From positions 93,407-157,406 of the forward strand of contig JAQUQE010000001.1 of NCBI GenBank assembly GCA_028716225.1: a stretch of 64,000 nucleotides of DNA, given 5' to 3'. How positions within the stretch are numbered: the first letter of the stretch is position 1; the number at the start of each line of letters is the position of its first letter. The notes beneath the pieces are model-generated. The model was not told the origin of the DNA, ran no database searches, and saw only the letters and a program-made list of their open reading frames with translations. This DNA is from Dehalococcoidales bacterium. GTDB lineage: Bacteria; Chloroflexota; Dehalococcoidia; Dehalococcoidales; UBA5760. Below are positions 19,301 through 28,306 of the stretch, piece after piece. Made by a program: the position numbers and the translations under genes.

Positions 19301-19514
19301 CCGCTCCGCCGGATTTGATATTACCGACCATATTACAACCTATTATCAGGGTGGGGTTTATGTCCGGCAAGTAATGAGTGGCTTTGCCGGCTACATCAAG
19401 CAGGAAACACTATCCCAAGAGCTCATCGAAAGCGCCCCCTCGGAAGACGCCTTTACCGAGAGCTACAGACTGGGGGGACACGATATGGTACTGGGAGTGA
19501 GCCGGCTGGACTAG
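16398..19514 (+). CDS. ileS: isoleucine--tRNA ligase
   Basis: 1038 aa. HIGH-class motif PTANGSPGIHH, KMSKS motif KMSKAKGN, and CxxC pairs (CPRCGT, CWRCETP). Confidence 0.95.
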   Translation: MFRAVASRVSFPEMEKSILTWWQQNCIFKRSVDNRKGESRFVFYEGPPTANGSPGIHHVLARVFKDIIPRYKTMKGYYAPRIAGWDTHGLPVELEVERKLSFSNKAQIEEYGIDRFNSLCRKSVLGYLKEWNTMTERIGFWVDLEHPYITMDNNYIETVWWAIKQMWDKGLVYQGHRVTPHCPRCGTSLSSHEVAQGYQDDTEDPSVYIKFEIAKSLYKKPGFLEELRDGYGNRAADFARWLIDLVGSKPVYLLAWTTTPWTLPGNTALAVSADAEYSIVELDNEYLILSSARMGQVGLDNMSAIAKVKGIDLVDLRYEPLFNPHDYGITVQTMTQLDKKGRPSADIIWKRGGTLNYPVITTGFVTMEDGTGIVHIAPAYGETDYQAGLDNVLDFVHPVNLEGKITGSYPFSDRFVKEADPLILDDLKTKGLLFRSETIHHTYPFCWRCETPLLYYAKQTWYIRTTAVKEELIKGNQEINWYPEHIKYGRFGDWLKNNIDWAFSRERYWGTPLPVWRCESCGNCECIGGINELKNKPGASGFKEPLDMHRPFVDEITFRCCQCGAQMKRELEVIDCWFDSGAMPIAQWHYPFENGSLIKDGRFPADYICEAVDQTRGWFYSLHAISTLLFGQPSFRNVICLGHILDDKGEKMSKAKGNVVEPMAMIDRYGADALRWYCLTASPPGNVRRFSEKLVSEISRRFLLTLWNVYSFFVTYANIDHFTPGTGGMSEPSGIDKWVISELNQLIIDVDQALEAYNPTEAGRKIEDFVDVLSNWYVRRSRRRFWKSEDDADKLAAYQTLYQCLATLSKLLAPFTPFLAEELYRNLVGTVFPQAPSSVHLADFPLSDVTLIDNQLSSDTRLAMKISSLGRAARSKAGIKVRQPLAINYVGLASTSERQELERVKPEVLEELNIKELQVIDNMTALGKKGYVISAEGDYSIAVPTEISAELLAEGMAREIVHRLQTMRRSAGFDITDHITTYYQGGVYVRQVMSGFAGYIKQETLSQELIESAPSEDAFTESYRLGGHDMVLGVSRLD

Positions 19515-20617
19515 TATGGTGGCGGGCTTTCCACCAGAGTAGCATAGGCGGTATATTCAGTAGTACCACGCCAGTAGACTATCTTGACCTCCTGTCCGAC
19601 CTGGCGGGAGTGTATACCCTCGATTAAGTCCCGGCCATTGGCTATTTCCTCATCATCCAGACCCACGATGACATCTCCCTCTTTAAGACCGACTTTATCC
19701 GCCGGGCTATCCGGAGAAACAAAGGTTACCATAGCCCCTTTATCTACGGATAGATTGTTAAAGAAAGCCACTACCGGGTTCACGTCGGAAAGCCGGACTC
19801 CCAGGTAGGTACGGAGCACGTAACCCCTCACAATCAGCTGATCGATGACATCTTTAGCAGTATTGATGCTGATAGCATAGCCGAAGCCCTCGACACCAAC
19901 CTGGGCAATTTTGACACTGGTGATGCCGATCACCTCCCCCGCCATATTAACCAGCGGTCCGCCACTGTTACCGGGGTTAATGGCAGCATCGGTACGGATA
20001 AGGTCATCTAGCGTCTGCCCTGCTGATACCGGCAGGGTAACCTCGAGTTGGCTGATCCAGCCTCCGGTCATACTTATCCCCTCCCCCAAGGCATTACCGA
20101 TTACTGCCACCGGCTCTCCCAGCTGCAGCTTCGAAGAATCTCCGATGTCGGCTGCGGGCAGGTCCTGGACATCAATAGTGACCACGGCCAGGTCGGTAAG
20201 CGGATCGGTACGTACCTCTTGAGCCGGGAACGTCCTGCCGTCATCCAGAAGTATGGCAATATCCCTGGCACCGCTAACCACATGATTATTGGTCACGATA
20301 ATCCCATCCTCCTCGATAATCCAGCCTGAGCCGGCACCCGCCTCTGTCTGTATCGATACTACCGAGGGCTTGACCTTAGCCACAACATCAACAAAATCGG
20401 GAAGAGGCGGCTCGCCCTCATCACAGGGCGGTGGCTGCCAGGCGGGGTCGATAGGAGTAGCCGCCGGCTGTGTGGGAATAGAAACTGCCGGGGGTTCTTC
20501 CACCTCAGGTTCTTGCGTCAGCCAGTCACCGGCTATATCTATCCAATTACAGCCGCTGCTCAGCATAACAAAGGAGGAGAGAAGAAATACAACTAGTGCG
20601 TATTTCAGCTTTATCAT
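19511..20617 (-). CDS. HtrA/DegP-family serine protease with PDZ domain (lipoprotein)
   Basis: Catalytic triad contexts TNNHVV, DLAVV and GNSGGPL, with a C-terminal PDZ region. Start set at ATG 20617, giving MIKLKYALVVFLLSSFVMLSSGC (signal plus lipobox). The track start is TTG 20647. Confidence 0.85.
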   Translation of the reverse strand: MIKLKYALVVFLLSSFVMLSSGCNWIDIAGDWLTQEPEVEEPPAVSIPTQPAATPIDPAWQPPPCDEGEPPLPDFVDVVAKVKPSVVSIQTEAGAGSGWIIEEDGIIVTNNHVVSGARDIAILLDDGRTFPAQEVRTDPLTDLAVVTIDVQDLPAADIGDSSKLQLGEPVAVIGNALGEGISMTGGWISQLEVTLPVSAGQTLDDLIRTDAAINPGNSGGPLVNMAGEVIGITSVKIAQVGVEGFGYAISINTAKDVIDQLIVRGYVLRTYLGVRLSDVNPVVAFFNNLSVDKGAMVTFVSPDSPADKVGLKEGDVIVGLDDEEIANGRDLIEGIHSRQVGQEVKIVYWRGTTEYTAYATLVESPPPY

Positions 20618-20736
20618 TTCCACTAGGTAACATTGTAGCACGCGCAAATGTTGAAAGCAATTACGAGTAATTTACTCATATAACCTGTACCGACCCCGAT
20701 TTATCATTGCGGACCGGAGTTATGACGATAGAAGTG

Positions 20737-21513
20737 CTATTGCCGGGCGCTTAAATAAATACAGATTGCCCCGCAGATAGCTACGTTCAGCGATTCTGCC
20801 TTACTCTGTGTAATGGCAATTCTGACTTTGTAGTCTGCCATATCCATCAATACCGGCGAGGGACCGACAGCTTCATTGCCCAACGCCAGTAAAAGACTAT
20901 CCTTACCGTGCAGAACTGAGGGCCTATCGGTGCCTTCAAGTGCCGCAACGATCAGTGAGTAGCCACTTTCCTTTAGTCTCTTCACCAGCTCCAGATAATG
21001 GGGAGTTCGTCTTATCCATAGCGATAGAATACTACCGGCTGTCGACTGGACACACTTTGGCGATAGGGGATCGGCACACTTTTCACTGAGTACAACCCCG
21101 GCATAATCAAAGGCGGCAGCGCTGCGGATAAGAGTACCCACATTACCGGGGTCCTGGATATCTTCCAGCAAAAGAACCCTACCGCCGCTGCCTTTGGGCA
21201 GCAGGTCGGAATAGATACCCATGGGGATACGGACAACGGCAATAGGCCCCTGGGGTGTTTTAGTAAGACAGATCCTGCGGAACTGGCCCTCAGTAACCTC
21301 GCGCCGGGGATAATTAGAATACACAGGAGCCAGTTCCTCCTTGGTTATAATCTCGGTTATCTCATCCGGACAGCTCTCGATAATCTGCCTGATTGCCCTG
21401 TCTCCCTCAATAAGAAAGACCCCGGCTTCCTGCCGCCCCTTGGTGGTGGCAAGCATCTTATACCATTTGATTGGCTTTAACGGGACATTTTTATTAACTG
21501 GTGTTTGCGGCAT
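20737..21513 (-). CDS. TrmH/SpoU-family RNA 2'-O-methyltransferase
   Basis: LEDIQDPGNVGTLIRSAAAF, GNEAVG and ESLNVAICGAI, the three SpoU motifs. Confidence 0.85.
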   Translation of the reverse strand: MPQTPVNKNVPLKPIKWYKMLATTKGRQEAGVFLIEGDRAIRQIIESCPDEITEIITKEELAPVYSNYPRREVTEGQFRRICLTKTPQGPIAVVRIPMGIYSDLLPKGSGGRVLLLEDIQDPGNVGTLIRSAAAFDYAGVVLSEKCADPLSPKCVQSTAGSILSLWIRRTPHYLELVKRLKESGYSLIVAALEGTDRPSVLHGKDSLLLALGNEAVGPSPVLMDMADYKVRIAITQSKAESLNVAICGAICIYLSARQ

Positions 21514-21545
21514 ACGCTCCTACCATCCATTTTCCGAACAGGCGA

Positions 21546-21577
21546 GGTGTATCGGTACTACGGTGTATCGGTACTAC
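21546..21577 (-). repeat. perfect 16-bp tandem duplication in the trmH-family gene leader
   Basis: GGTGTATCGGTACTAC occurs twice back to back (21546..21561 and 21562..21577). Confidence 0.9.
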
Positions 21578-21607
21578 TATTATCATAACCAAACGCAGAT
21601 AATAGAA

Positions 21608-21636
21608 ACTTTAATCCGACCGATAGGTTCTGTCAA
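21608..21636 (-). promoter_or_regulatory. promoter of the TrmH-family gene
   Basis: Reverse strand TTGACA (21636..21631), 17 nt, TAAAGT (21613..21608). Confidence 0.45.
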
Positions 21637-21732
21637 TAGCCCCTTAAAGAACTGTCTGATAAGCTATTCGCCTCTAAAACGGAGAGTGGTTAACATAATG
21701 TTTGCCCCGGTACAGGCAAACGCTCCGGTAAT

Positions 21733-21765
21733 AAATGCCCCTGACACTCTGTGTCAGGGGCATTT
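21733..21765 (-). terminator. terminator hairpin after trpB2
   Basis: Perfect 15-bp inverted repeat AAATGCCCCTGACAC-TCT-GTGTCAGGGGCATTT. On the reverse strand it is followed by TTATTAC. Confidence 0.6.
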
Positions 21766-21812
21766 CTCCAGAAACAACGCTATCCAGAGTCAATTTATGG
21801 CCCGGTCTCGCT

Positions 21813-23195
21813 TCACACCTCAGGCAGTTCGGCCAATGACTCTTTAAGTTTATCTTCGGGAAACGCGTAATCCTCAAGTTTACCGGATAGATAAGCCTCA
21901 TAAGCGCCTAGATCAACATGCCCGTGCCCGCTATGGGCGAGAAGGATAGTCTTCGCTTCGCCAGACTCCCGACACTTAAGGGCTTCATCAATTACTACTT
22001 TGATGGCGTGCATCGGTTCCGGGGCACTAAGAATGCCTTCAGTACGGGCAAAGGTTATCCCTGCTTCGAAGGTAGCCAGCTGGTGCTCGGCCCTGGCTTC
22101 CACAAGTCCCAGCTTATGAAGATGACATATAATAGGCGCCATACCGTGGTAGCGCAGTCCTCCGGCATGAACCGGTGGCGGGATAAAACCATGACCCAGG
22201 GTATACATCTTAAGCAAAGGGGTCAACCCCGCTACATCACCGAAATCATAGGCATATGGTCCCCTGGTCAGAGTAGGACAGCTTGCCGGTTCAACACCGA
22301 TGATTTGCAGGTCAGGCTTGGCTCCGCTGAGCTTATCCCTCATCCAGGGTATGAATTGCCCGGCGAAATTTGAGCCGCCTCCCATACAGCCCACGATAAT
22401 ATCAGGATAGGCATTAGCCATCTCCATTTGCAGTCTAGTCTCCTCCCCAATGATGGTCTGATGCAGCAGAACATGGTTGAGCACGCTGCCCAGTGAATAA
22501 TGGGTATCATCACGGAGGGCAGCATCCTCGACTGCTTCACTGATGGCCAACCCCAGGCTACCGGGACAGTCGGGGTCCTTCGCCAGCATATCCCGTCCTG
22601 CCTTGGTATCAGGGCTGGGACTGGGGACACAATGGGCACCCCAGGCCTCCATCATAACGCGGCGGTAGGGCTTCTGGTTATAGCTGATCCTGACCATATA
22701 TACCTTGAGTTCAATATCAAAGAACCTGCAGCCCATTGCCAGGGCACTGCCCCACTGCCCGGCTCCGGTTTCGGTCGCTATCCGTCTGGTACCTTCCACC
22801 TTATTGTAATACGCCTGTGCGACTGCGGTGTTAAGTTTGTGACTACCCGCTTGACTGGTTCCCTCATACTTGTAGAAAATCTTAGCCGGCGTGTCCAAGT
22901 GCTTCTCCAACCGGTGTGCCCGATACAGAATAGTCGGCCTCCAGGTACGGTAAATTACCTGTACTTCTTCCGGAATCTCGATGTAGCGCTCAGGGCTGAA
23001 TTCCTGCATGATAAGACCCATTGGAAACAGAGGTGCTAAATCGTCGGGGGTTACCGGCTGCTTGGTTCCCGGGTGCAAGACCGGCGGCAGCGGTTCAGGG
23101 AGATCGGGCAGGATGTTATACCATCTGGTCGGCATCTTTTCTTCATCAAGAATAAACTTCGTTCTTTCCAATTTTACCTCCTGTAATTCTTCCAT
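21813..23195 (-). CDS. trpB2: TrpB2-type tryptophan synthase beta-like PLP enzyme
   Basis: 460 aa. Carries the N-terminal extension [21 protein letters not shown] characteristic of the TrpB2 clade. PLP-lysine context AGSHKLNTA. Confidence 0.85.
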   Translation of the reverse strand: MEELQEVKLERTKFILDEEKMPTRWYNILPDLPEPLPPVLHPGTKQPVTPDDLAPLFPMGLIMQEFSPERYIEIPEEVQVIYRTWRPTILYRAHRLEKHLDTPAKIFYKYEGTSQAGSHKLNTAVAQAYYNKVEGTRRIATETGAGQWGSALAMGCRFFDIELKVYMVRISYNQKPYRRVMMEAWGAHCVPSPSPDTKAGRDMLAKDPDCPGSLGLAISEAVEDAALRDDTHYSLGSVLNHVLLHQTIIGEETRLQMEMANAYPDIIVGCMGGGSNFAGQFIPWMRDKLSGAKPDLQIIGVEPASCPTLTRGPYAYDFGDVAGLTPLLKMYTLGHGFIPPPVHAGGLRYHGMAPIICHLHKLGLVEARAEHQLATFEAGITFARTEGILSAPEPMHAIKVVIDEALKCRESGEAKTILLAHSGHGHVDLGAYEAYLSGKLEDYAFPEDKLKESLAELPEV

Positions 23196-23300
23196 TTATT
23201 GGGGCATCTTTACCCTTATGACATAAGGGGATACCTTAATAATAATAGTATCACTGTAATCATAGCAACCTGTCTTCTATAAGGTCTCCTCCTTTCTCCT

Positions 23301-24080
23301 TCAGTGATATTGATCAAGAGTCTCTCTCAAGCTCCGAACAAAAGACTTCAGAGAAGAGAGAGAGTTATCTTCTTCGATTAGCTGAATGAGGCGGCTGCCG
23401 ACAATAACACCATCGGCTATTCTGGCTACTCTACCGGCCTGTTCCGGGCTGGATATACCGAAGCCAACGCAGAGAGGGAGTTCTGTTTTTCCTCTGACTC
23501 GCTGGACAAAACTCTCCAACCCCGGGGGCAGGCTTTGCCTGGCTCCGGTGACACCGGTCAGGGAAACCAGATAGATAAACCCCCGGGACCTCTGCGCCAC
23601 CAGCAAGATACGTTCCTCGGAACTGGCAGGGCTGAGCAGGTAGATAGGATCCAGCCCGTATTTTTTCATATTCGCCTCCAGTTCTTCTCCTTCTTCCGGC
23701 GGCAGGTCCGGGATTATCAAACCATCAACACCGGTCCGGTTTGCCGAGTGGCAGAATGCCTCCAGTCCAAAGTTTAGTATCGGGTTATAGTATCCCATAA
23801 AGACCAGCGGCGTTGCTATCCTCCGTTTTATCTCCTGCGCTGCTTCAAGGCAGACCTGTAACGTAACCCCACGCTTGAGGGCCTGATAGCTTGCTTTCTG
23901 GATAGTAGCGCCGTCAGCCAGCGGATCGGAGAAAGGGATACCCAGTTCAATAAGATCGCAGCCGCTTCCGGCAAGCAGGACTGCTGCCTCAATAGTTGCT
24001 TCCAATGATGGATAGCCCAAAGTGAGGTAGGCAATCAGCACCCTATATCCCGGTCTAAAGATATTCTGAATACGACTCAT
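23301..24080 (-). CDS. trpA: tryptophan synthase alpha chain
   Basis: [22 protein letters not shown] motif. 4-nt overlap with the trpB stop. Confidence 0.95.
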   Translation of the reverse strand: MSRIQNIFRPGYRVLIAYLTLGYPSLEATIEAAVLLAGSGCDLIELGIPFSDPLADGATIQKASYQALKRGVTLQVCLEAAQEIKRRIATPLVFMGYYNPILNFGLEAFCHSANRTGVDGLIIPDLPPEEGEELEANMKKYGLDPIYLLSPASSEERILLVAQRSRGFIYLVSLTGVTGARQSLPPGLESFVQRVRGKTELPLCVGFGISSPEQAGRVARIADGVIVGSRLIQLIEEDNSLSSLKSFVRSLRETLDQYH

Positions 24081-25282
24081 AGCTCCATCCCCATCGTTTC
24101 AACGACAATAGCCAAATCCTTGTCACCACGGCCGGAGAGATTCACTACGACAAGCTGGTCTCGTGTCAAACCGGCGGCCAGTCTAGCCCCGTAGTATATG
24201 GCATGGGCCGATTCCAGTGCCGGAATGATACCCTCGGTATGACAGAGAAGCCGAAAACCTTCCAGCGCCTCGGCATCAGTAACCGCCACATAGCTGGCCC
24301 GGCCGGTATCCTTATAGTAGCTGTGCTCGGGGCCAACCCCAGGATAGTCCAGACCGGGAGCAATGCTGTGAGTCTCTATTATCTGACCGCTACTATCCTG
24401 AAGCAGGTACGACCTGGTACCGTGCAGCACACCACTCCTGCCCGCAGACAGCGAAGCGGCGTGGCGGCCACTCTTCAGCCCGGCTCCGGCGGCTTCTACG
24501 CCAATGAATTTAACCTCTTTATTGTTATAAAAAGGCGAGAACAGTCCCATAGCATTGCTTCCCCCACCGACACAGGCAACCAGATAGTCGGGAAGCCGGT
24601 TATACATAGTCCTGATCTGGGCTTTTGCTTCCCTGCCGATTACCGACTGGAAGTCACGGACAATCATCGGATATGGGTGCGGACCGGCCACAGTACCGAA
24701 GAGATAGTAGGTGGTTTCGACATTGGTAACCCAGTCCCGGATGGCCTCATTGATGGCATCCTTCAGAGTACGACTGCCTGATTCTACGGAGCGCACCTCG
24801 GCACCCAGCAGTTTCATACGGAAGACATTAGGTGACTGGCGCTTGATATCATCTTCACCCATATAGATGATACATTTGAGGCTCAACATCGCGCATACCG
24901 TAGCGGTAGCTACCCCATGCTGCCCGGCACCGGTCTCGGCAATAATTCGTGTTTTCCCCATCCGCTTCGCCAGCAATCCCTGACCCAGGGCATTGTTAAT
25001 CTTGTGGGCACCGGTGTGAGCCAGGTCTTCCCGTTTCAGCAAGATGACAGCGCCGCCCATCTCTGCTGACAGCTGCTCTGCCGGGTACAATGGGGTAGGC
25101 CTACCGACATACTGCCGACATAGCTGCTCAAACCGACGTTCGAAGGCAGGGTCGGCCCGGGCGCTTAGATAGGCCTGCTCCAGTTCCCCAAGCGCCGGCA
25201 TCAGTGTCTCGGGGACAAATTTCCCACCGAATTCGCCAAAGTATCCCCGTTGGTTAGGCAACTGCCTGTTATTCTCTCCCAT
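24077..25282 (-). CDS. trpB: tryptophan synthase beta chain (TrpB1)
   Basis: [15 protein letters not shown] and [15 protein letters not shown] (PLP lysine), plus GGGSNAMG. Confidence 0.97.
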   Translation of the reverse strand: MGENNRQLPNQRGYFGEFGGKFVPETLMPALGELEQAYLSARADPAFERRFEQLCRQYVGRPTPLYPAEQLSAEMGGAVILLKREDLAHTGAHKINNALGQGLLAKRMGKTRIIAETGAGQHGVATATVCAMLSLKCIIYMGEDDIKRQSPNVFRMKLLGAEVRSVESGSRTLKDAINEAIRDWVTNVETTYYLFGTVAGPHPYPMIVRDFQSVIGREAKAQIRTMYNRLPDYLVACVGGGSNAMGLFSPFYNNKEVKFIGVEAAGAGLKSGRHAASLSAGRSGVLHGTRSYLLQDSSGQIIETHSIAPGLDYPGVGPEHSYYKDTGRASYVAVTDAEALEGFRLLCHTEGIIPALESAHAIYYGARLAAGLTRDQLVVVNLSGRGDKDLAIVVETMGMEL

Positions 25283-25925
25283 CGGCCCTCCTTACCGCAT
25301 CGACAAAGGCTTTAATTCTAGCTACATCCTTTATTCCGGCTGATTCCACCCCGGAGGAGACATCGACACCCCATGGTGATATCATCTCAATAGCCCGGAC
25401 CGCATTTTCCGGAGTGAGCCCTCCGGCGATAATTACAGGAAACTGCCGGGCTACCTCTCGAAAGAGTTTCCAGTCGGAGGTTATCCCTGTTCCACCATAG
25501 CTGTCTTTAACCAGAGAGTCAAGAAGGTAAAGGTGCCGCTGACTGGATAGCAACCTGTCTGCACTGGCTAAAGCATCACATATTACCGCAGGATCCTGTC
25601 CCTGGGCTACCCTCACCGCCTTAATCAACGGCCGAGTAATCTCACGGCAGTACGCCCATGGCTCATCACCGCTCAGCTGGATACAGTCCAAACTGCAGGT
25701 GGCGGCAATCCTGTTCACGACAGGAGCAGGTACATTAACGAAGACTCCCACCACCTCGACCGTATTGCTATGTTCTTTAATTACACTGACTATCTCCTGC
25801 GCCCGGGATATGCTTACCTGCCGCCGACTGGGAGCAAAAACCAGCCCGACAAAATCACTGCCGGACTCGATAGCCGCCAGAGCATGCGATTTTTCAGTGA
25901 TGCCGCAAATCTTGATCCGGGTCAT
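25269..25925 (-). CDS. trpF: phosphoribosylanthranilate isomerase
   Basis: [10 protein letters not shown] start and an (ba)8 pattern. Located between trpC and trpB. Confidence 0.9.
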   Translation of the reverse strand: MTRIKICGITEKSHALAAIESGSDFVGLVFAPSRRQVSISRAQEIVSVIKEHSNTVEVVGVFVNVPAPVVNRIAATCSLDCIQLSGDEPWAYCREITRPLIKAVRVAQGQDPAVICDALASADRLLSSQRHLYLLDSLVKDSYGGTGITSDWKLFREVARQFPVIIAGGLTPENAVRAIEMISPWGVDVSSGVESAGIKDVARIKAFVDAVRRADGRE

Positions 25926-26710
25926 AACATCAACTCCCTTATCTTACCCGCAACATCATTAGTGGCAACCAGAGCCTCTCCGACCAGTACTGCATCGACA
26001 CCACACTCCTCCAGTCTTGTCACATCAAGACGGCTGTTGATGCCGCTCTCGCTAACTACGATGGTCGGTTCAGGCAGTAACGGCCGCAGCCGGCAGGTGG
26101 TATTAATATCAACAGTAAAGTTGCCCAAATCCCGATTGTTGATGCCGATAACCCGAGCCTTAGCCTGAAGGGCCCGGCCTATCTCGGCCTCATTATGAAC
26201 CTCAACCAGACATCCCATACCAAAGCTGTGGCTTAAGGAAAGCAACTCATCAAGCTGCTGCTGGCTCAAGATACCTACTATCAACAACAGGGCATCAGCG
26301 CCATAAGCTGATGACTCGTATATCTGGTAGGGATCGAAGATAAAGTCCTTTCTTAGCAGTGGTAGGTTGACCTCCATCCTGATAGCAGCCAGGTAGTCGA
26401 TGCTACCACCAAAGTAGTTTGCCTCGGTGAGTACCGAGATGGCTACCGCACCACCAGCAGCGTACTCGTTAGCCAATCCAACCGGGCTGAAATCATTACA
26501 GAGCACCCCCCGTGATGGTGATGATTGCTTGACCTCGGCAATCAACTGAATCCGGCTCTGATTGATGGCCGAGCCAAAATCAAGTGGCACACGTCGTTGA
26601 GCAATCCGTTCTTCCAGAGCGAATAGTGGCATTTCCAGCTTCCTTGCCTCAAGCTCTTCTCTTTTATCGGCAACAATCATGTTAAGCACGTTATTTACCA
26701 TTGACAACAT
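25922..26710 (-). CDS. trpC: indole-3-glycerol phosphate synthase
   Basis: IAEVKQSSPSRG, LRKDFIFDPYQI and NNRDL motifs. The start is ambiguous, with several in-frame Met codons between 26710 and 26680. Confidence 0.9.
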   Translation of the reverse strand: MLSMVNNVLNMIVADKREELEARKLEMPLFALEERIAQRRVPLDFGSAINQSRIQLIAEVKQSSPSRGVLCNDFSPVGLANEYAAGGAVAISVLTEANYFGGSIDYLAAIRMEVNLPLLRKDFIFDPYQIYESSAYGADALLLIVGILSQQQLDELLSLSHSFGMGCLVEVHNEAEIGRALQAKARVIGINNRDLGNFTVDINTTCRLRPLLPEPTIVVSESGINSRLDVTRLEECGVDAVLVGEALVATNDVAGKIRELML

Positions 26711-27728
26711 CCCTGTCCAGACCCTGGCTTAATTTTACCAGGGCATTAAGCTTTTCCAGAGCCATACCGCTATCGATTACCTCTTCAGCGAGGCGTGCTC
26801 CTGCCACCAGGTCCGAAGACTTTTTGCCGACGACCATAGCCGCTGCTGCATTCATAACGGCAATATTACGTCCCGCTCCACGCTCTCCACCCAGGATACG
26901 ACGTATTATTTCAGCATTATCCTTAGCGGTACCCCCCTTAATCTCCTCGGGCCCCGCCTCTTCAAAGCCGAAATCATTCGGAGAGACTTCATAGGGAGAT
27001 AGTACCCCTTCCAGAGTGACCTCCCGGATCAGGGTAGCACTGCTTATAGATATTTCATCCATGCCGTCATTACCATGCACTACCAGAGCATGCTTGCTAC
27101 CCAGGGTATGCAGGACGCGGGCTGTTTTCTCACTCAATTCTAAAGTGGGTACACCGACAACTTGGAATTCGGCTCGGGCCGGGTTAGTCAACGGGCCCAG
27201 GATATTGAATACGGTACGGATGCCAATCTCCCGACGGGTGGCAGCAGCAAACCTCATCGAGGGGTGGAAGATAGTTGCCAGCATAAAACACAGGCCTATT
27301 CTCTCCAGACACTCGGCTACCGCCTCTGCCCCGAGGTCGATTTTAACCCCCAGTGCTTCCAGAACATCGGCGCTACCACAACAGCTGCTCATTGCCCGGT
27401 TCCCGTGTTTAGCCACCTTAATCCCGGCTCCGGATGCTATCAGAGCAGCTATCGTAGAGATATTGGCGCTTCCAAACTCATCGCCTCCCATGCCGCAGGT
27501 ATCAACTACCGGGAGGGCCGTCCTGACCGGTATCGCCCTATCACGCATAATACTGGCCAATCCGGCTATCTCATCTACGGTCTCTCCTTTAACCCGCAGT
27601 GCCACGACCAGGGCGGCAATCTGCGAAGGCGTCGCATCACCATCCATTATTTCACTCATTACTGCTGAGGCCTGTTCAAAAGTGAGCGAACAGCCATCCG
27701 CAACCATTCCGATAGCGTCTCTGATCAT
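26691..27728 (-). CDS. trpD: anthranilate phosphoribosyltransferase
   Basis: DTCGMGGD...NIST, KHGNRA and GPLTNP motifs. Confidence 0.93.
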   Translation of the reverse strand: MIRDAIGMVADGCSLTFEQASAVMSEIMDGDATPSQIAALVVALRVKGETVDEIAGLASIMRDRAIPVRTALPVVDTCGMGGDEFGSANISTIAALIASGAGIKVAKHGNRAMSSCCGSADVLEALGVKIDLGAEAVAECLERIGLCFMLATIFHPSMRFAAATRREIGIRTVFNILGPLTNPARAEFQVVGVPTLELSEKTARVLHTLGSKHALVVHGNDGMDEISISSATLIREVTLEGVLSPYEVSPNDFGFEEAGPEEIKGGTAKDNAEIIRRILGGERGAGRNIAVMNAAAAMVVGKKSSDLVAGARLAEEVIDSGMALEKLNALVKLSQGLDRDVVNGK

Positions 27729-27733
27729 TTTTC

Positions 27734-28306
27734 TTACTGCCTCACGTAGTCCAGAAAGTTTTTCAGCAGGTCCTTACCTACATCAGTCATAATCGACTCC
27801 GGGTGGAACTGGACACCCTCTACCGAGAACCGGCGATGACGCAGCCCCATAACGATACCATCCGCCGTCCGGGCACTGACCTCAAGACAGTCGGGCAGAC
27901 AATCACTCATTACCGCCAGGGAGTGATAGCGAATAGCAGGAAAGGGATTGGGCAGCCCCTTGAAGAGACCCCTTCCGTCGTGATAGATAAGCGAGGACTT
28001 ACCGTGTTTGATTTCAGCGGCGCGGCCGATCTTAGCTCCGTAGCTGTAACCGATACACTGGTGCCCCAAACAGACACCCAGGATAGGGAGCTTGCTACCG
28101 AATTCACGGATAACCTCATTGGATATGCCGGCCTGCTCCGGAGTGCCCGGCCCCGGTGAGATAACGATACGCCGGGGTAACCTGGCATCAATTTCCCCCA
28201 GTTTTACTCTGTCGTTACGGACTACCCATACCTCTTCTCCCAGCTCGCTCAAGTACTGGTAGAGGTTGTAGGTAAAGCTGTCGTAATTATCTATCAAAAG
28301 CAGCAT
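27734..28306 (-). CDS. trpG: anthranilate synthase component II (glutamine amidotransferase)
   Basis: Class-I GATase triad contexts GVCLGHQ and QFHPES. Confidence 0.93.
   Translation of the reverse strand: MLLLIDNYDSFTYNLYQYLSELGEEVWVVRNDRVKLGEIDARLPRRIVISPGPGTPEQAGISNEVIREFGSKLPILGVCLGHQCIGYSYGAKIGRAAEIKHGKSSLIYHDGRGLFKGLPNPFPAIRYHSLAVMSDCLPDCLEVSARTADGIVMGLRHRRFSVEGVQFHPESIMTDVGKDLLKNFLDYVRQ

Noticed and set aside
23196-23300. Small ORF (15 codons, MITVILLLLRYPLMS) after the double SD-like run downstream of trpA
   Set aside because: Its ATG is 24 nt from the SD-like sequence, the ORF is very short, and it overlaps the hairpin. I treated it as a non-coding spacer.
27016-27792. 258-aa plus-strand ORF, and similar long antisense ORFs (8085..8765, 10090..10641, 22500..23039, 57763..58344)
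   Set aside because: Each is embedded antisense in a highly conserved gene (trpD, dnaJ, dnaK, trpB2, DUF47/PiT). Their Ser/Arg/Pro-rich translations have no motifs and are typical shadow ORFs.
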